From Amphiscolops sp. MND2022 (lineage: Eukaryota): a stretch of DNA of 64,000 nt. Shown here piece after piece: positions 59,930 through 64,000 of the stretch (positions are counted from its first letter, which is position 1; the number at the start of each line of letters is the position of its first letter). The notes beneath the pieces are model-generated. The model did no database searches and was not told where the DNA came from. It was given only the letters and a program-made list of their open reading frames with translations. Position numbers and translations under genes: made by a program. The stretch is from assembly GCA_964187785.1 (NCBI GenBank), contig OZ076410.1, positions 40,176,001-40,240,000 of the forward strand, read 5' to 3'.

Positions 59930-62900
59930 TATTTCAAAGTTTATTGGATCTGGAGGAGATTGCGATTGAGTATTATTGACTATATTTCGTGTATTAGAGT
60001 GTAAACGAGATCTAGAGTATCTGAAGTCTCTAGGTCTTGAAGGAGGTCTAAATGAAGAAGTGTATTTTGGAAGTTATTATCTCTGGAGTAAGATCGAGAT
60101 TTGTATCTAGGACGTGAATCACGTGTGTATGGTGATCTGTAAGAAGACATGTATGGTGAACGATGTGATCGAGAGTCTCTTTGATAATTATCATAACGTG
60201 ATCTAGTGCAATGTGGAGGAGTAGTATTTCGATCATAATTGTAACGAGTTCTAGATGTAGATCTTTGTCTATAATGGGGATTGGTATTTCTTTGATAGTT
60301 ATTACGAGATGTACTTGATGTAGTACGAGATGTAGGGGTATTCAATGTAGGTAAAGGTGTAGTAGAAGAAGGTATAGCGTAAGTGTTGTGAGAGTTAAAA
60401 GTTTGAGGTATGTTTAAGGTATTCGCTTGAGGTTGAAAAAAAGTCAGGTTATTATGTGGGTTTGTTTGTATTGTATTAGGAGGGATATGATTGTTAAATT
60501 GAGTAGAAGAGGATTGAAAATTAGTATTATATTGAGTAGTGTTTGAAGATGAGTGTGAGTGAAAATAAGTACTAGTAAGGTTATACGAGAGTGGGTTGTT
60601 TTTAAAAAGTGATAAAGGAGGTCTAGATAGTGTACGAGAAGTGGTTGTATTAGTTATAGAATTGGTATGTAAGGTATTAATTGTCAATACGGAATTAGGA
60701 TTTTGTGCTATTGAAGGTTGAGCAGGAACATATTGTATTGTTTGTGTAGATTGTCTTGGAGAGGTATTTGGTTGAGACTGTGATTGCGTTAAGGTGTGTT
60801 CTCTATTTTGAAATGTATTAGATGAACCTTGTTGAGGTGAATATGTAGGAGTACTATGAGGAGAAGTTTCAGATCGATGAGGCGGAGGATCATAGTTTTG
60901 TCTGTGGTGTGTTTGGAGTGTTTGTGTGTCAATAGTATTTATTGTGGACAGTGTAGAAGGATCTTCTTGATTGAAGAGATTTTTGGTTTTTTCTGTTATA
61001 TATTGGGTAGGCACTTGAAGAGCATTAGAATCTGTAATAGTGGAAGTAGTATGTGTATTTGCAAGAGTATCTTGAATATTCAGTAGTATCTCGTATTATA
61101 TGAGATGGTGGTTGTGGTGTTGTTGGTTGGTGGTGAATGACGTTGTCATTATTATCAAGATTTCTGAGGAGATTTTGATCTTGCATAAGCATCACGTCTG
61201 TCTTCATGATCTCGTTGTTTTTTGAAACAAGCAGAGATAGAATGGTTTGTTCTATGACAGTAGGAACAGTATTTCTTGTAAGTGGGTTTAGTTTTGTTAT
61301 TAGGTTCTCGAGGTTGTGTAAACAGTACTTGATCAAATTGTGGTGAACCTAATGTTTGAGTTTGTAGTTGTTTTGTAATATTGTTGACTTCAAAGGTAAG
61401 GTCATGTGTACGTATTTTGTCATTTGCGATGTCTTCAGCATCAACATGTTTGACTAGAGTGTGAAAGGGAATTGAAGGTTCTAAAACAGTAGAGGTTTGT
61501 TTAACTTGTCGTTTGTTTGCAAAGTCTTTAAGATTTTTTGGCAGTCCTTTTGTAAAGATTCCATTACACTTGAGATTTATAGTCGATGCATTCTCATTGC
61601 ACCAGCCTTTTTCAACCAGCTGTTGAAATTTCTGTGCAAAATGGCGAACTGTTTCTTTGTCTTTTAAAATCAAGATAAGAGCTTCAACTTGTGCGTTATA
61701 GACGTTCGTTTGTGACGAAAACTGTTTTTTAAATGCTTGTACAAAATCGTGCCAATCTAGTTTCTAGGAATCATTCAAACGAATATACCAACTAGGAGCA
61801 GTTCCAATTAACGAACATTGTAAAAAAGCCATTCGGCGAGCGTGTCAAAACTTATATTCATGAGCAGTAGTAGGTTGTAATCCTAGAGAGAGTGTAACAC
61901 GGGCCTCAATTTGTTGTAAATATTCTTCTGGTGTATAGTTGTGATCCAAACCATCAAAAGGTTTGATAGGTTCGGAAATAGATGCAGAAGAGTTAATGTA
62001 TGTAGGGGTATTCAATGTAGGTAAAGGTGTAGTAGAAGAAGGTATAGCGTAAGTGTTGTGAGAGTTAAAAGTTTGAGGTATGTTTAAGGTATTCGCTTGA
62101 GGTTGAAAAAAAGTCAGGTTATTATGTGGGTTTGTTTGTATTGTATTAGGAGGGATATGATTGTTAAATTGAGTAGAAGAGGATTGAAAATTAGTATTAT
62201 ATTGAGTAGTGTTTGAAGATGAGTGTGAGTGAAAATAAGTACTAGTAAGGTTATACGAGAGTGGGTTGTTTTTAAAAAGTGATAAAGGAGGTCTAGATAG
62301 TGTACGAGAAGTGGTTGTATTAGTTATAGAATTGGTATGTAAGGTATTAATTGTCAATACGGAATTAGGATTTTGTGCTATTGAAGGTTGAACAGGAACA
62401 TATTGTATTGTTTGTGTAGATTGTCTTGGAGAGGTATTTGGTTGAGACTGTGATTGCGTTAAGGTGTGTTCTCTATTTTGAAATGTATTAGATGAACCTT
62501 GTTGAGGTGAATATGTAGGAGTACTATGAGGAGAAGTTTCAGATCGATGAGGCGGAGGATCATAGTTTTGTCTGTGGTGTGTTTGGAGTGGTTGTGTGTC
62601 AATAGTATTTATTGTGGACAGTGTAGAAGGATCTTCTTGATTGAAGAGATTTTTGGTTTTTTCTGTTATATCGTGGGTAGGCACTTGAAGAGCATTAGAA
62701 TCTGTAATAGTGGAAGTAGTATGTGTATTTGCAAGAGTATCTTGAATATTCAGTAGTATCTCGTATTATATGAGATGGTGGTTGTGGTGTTGTTGGTTGG
62801 TGGTGAATGACGTTGTCATTATTATCAAGATTTCTGAGGAGATTTTGATCTTGCATCAGCATCACGTCTGTCTTCATGATCTCGTTGTTTTTTGAAACAA

Positions 62901-64000
62901 GCAGAGATAGAATGGTTTGTTCTATGACTGTAGGAACAGTATTTCTTGTAAGTGGGTTTAGTTTTGTTATTAGGTTCTCGAGGTTGTGTAAACAGTACTT
63001 GATCAAATTGTGGTGAACCTAATGTTTGAGTTTGTAGTTGTTTTGTAATATTGTTGACTTCAAAGGTAAGGTCATGTGTACGTATTTTGTCATTTGCGAT
63101 GTCTTCAGCATCAACATGTTTGACTAGAGTGTGAAAGGGAATTGAAGGTTCTAAAACAGTAGAGGTTTGTTTAACTTGTCGTTTGTTTGCAAAGTCTTTA
63201 AGATTTTTTGGCAGTCCTTTTGTAAAGATTCCATTACACTTGAGATTTATAGTCGATGCATTCTCATTGCACCAGCCTTTTTCAACCAGCTGTTGAAATT
63301 TCTGTGCAAAATGGCGAACTGTTTCTTTGTCTTTTAAAATCAAGATAAGAGCTTCAACTTGTGCGTTATAGACGTTCGTTTGTGACGAAAACTGTTTTTT
63401 AAATGCTTTAACAAAATCGTGCCAATCTAGTTTCTAGGAATCATTCAAACGAATATACCAACTAGGAGCAGTTCCAATTAACGAACATTGTAAAAAAGCC
63501 ATTCGGCGAGCGTGTCAAAACTTATATTCATGAGCAGTAGTAGGTTGTAATCCTAGAGAGAGTGTAACACGGGCCTCAATTTGTTGTAAATATTCTTCTG
63601 GTGTATAGTTGTGATCCAAACCATCAAAAGGTTTGATAGGTTCGGAAATAGATGCAGAAGAGTTAATATATGTAGGGGTATTCAATGTAGGTAAAGGTGT
63701 AGTAGAAGAAGGTATAGCGTGAGTGTTGTGAGAGTTAAAAGTTTGAGGTATGTTTAAGGTATTCGCTTGAGGTTGAAAAAAAGTCAGGTTATTATGTGGG
63801 TTTGTTTGTATTGTATAAGGAGGGATATGATTGTTAAATTGAGTAGAAGAGGATTGAAAATTAGTATTATATTGAGTAGTGTTTGAAGATGAGTGTGAGT
63901 GAAAATAAGTACTAGTAAGGTTATACGAGAGTGGGTTGTTTTTAAAAAGTGATAAAGGAGGTCTAGATAGTGTACGAGAAGTGGTTGTATTAGTTATAGA
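59930..64000 (-). pseudogene. gag: gag of element 2, rearranged by tandem triplication and deletion
   Basis: 'PFDGLDHNYTPEEYLQQIEAR', 'FAQKFQQLVEKGW', CSYCHRTNHSISAC knuckle, Arg/Ser-rich tail. Confidence 0.88.
60331..64000. repeat. 1670-bp tandem repeat within gag (60331-62000, 62001-63670, 63671 to window end)
   Basis: Identical ORF pairs offset by exactly 1670 (61155/62825, 61014/62684, 61025/62695). Confidence 0.95.

Larger units (their letters stand above)
46975..64000 (-). mobile_element. Env-bearing Ty3/Gypsy LTR retroelement 2 (5' part outside the window; left boundary uncertain)
   Basis: gag with CCHC, protease FLLD(C)GAS, RT YIDD, RNase H, integrase 'ISMDTKGP...IVDA', IGPY motif, env homologous to that of element 1; heavily frameshifted. 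Confidence 0.93.

Overview
AT-rich eukaryotic (invertebrate-like) repeat-dense DNA with no intact host gene. Left to right: (1) a decayed BEL/Pao LTR retrotransposon on the minus strand (about 1-5250), interrupted by a non-autonomous Helentron-like element. (2) A roughly 19-kb env-bearing Ty3/Gypsy element on the minus strand (6680 to at least 25555, 1.76-kb LTRs) with a complex-retrovirus-like layout: gag with a -1 frameshift site, pol carrying a TARG1/Poa1p-like macro domain between protease and RT, a cluster of sense and antisense accessory ORFs, three tandem structured-RNA units just upstream of a gB/chuvirus-like env, and a RING-less TRAF-like coiled-coil+MATH gene after env. (3) A 200-N assembly gap and short dispersed repeats. 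(4) A 3 x ~6.5-kb tandem segmental array (27596-47222) containing a degenerate hAT-like transposase. (5) A second, divergent env-bearing Gypsy element (minus strand, about 47.2 kb to beyond the window end) with the same env class, different accessory ORFs, no macro domain, and a tandemly triplicated gag segment. All domain calls come from motif recognition by eye; no database searches were run.
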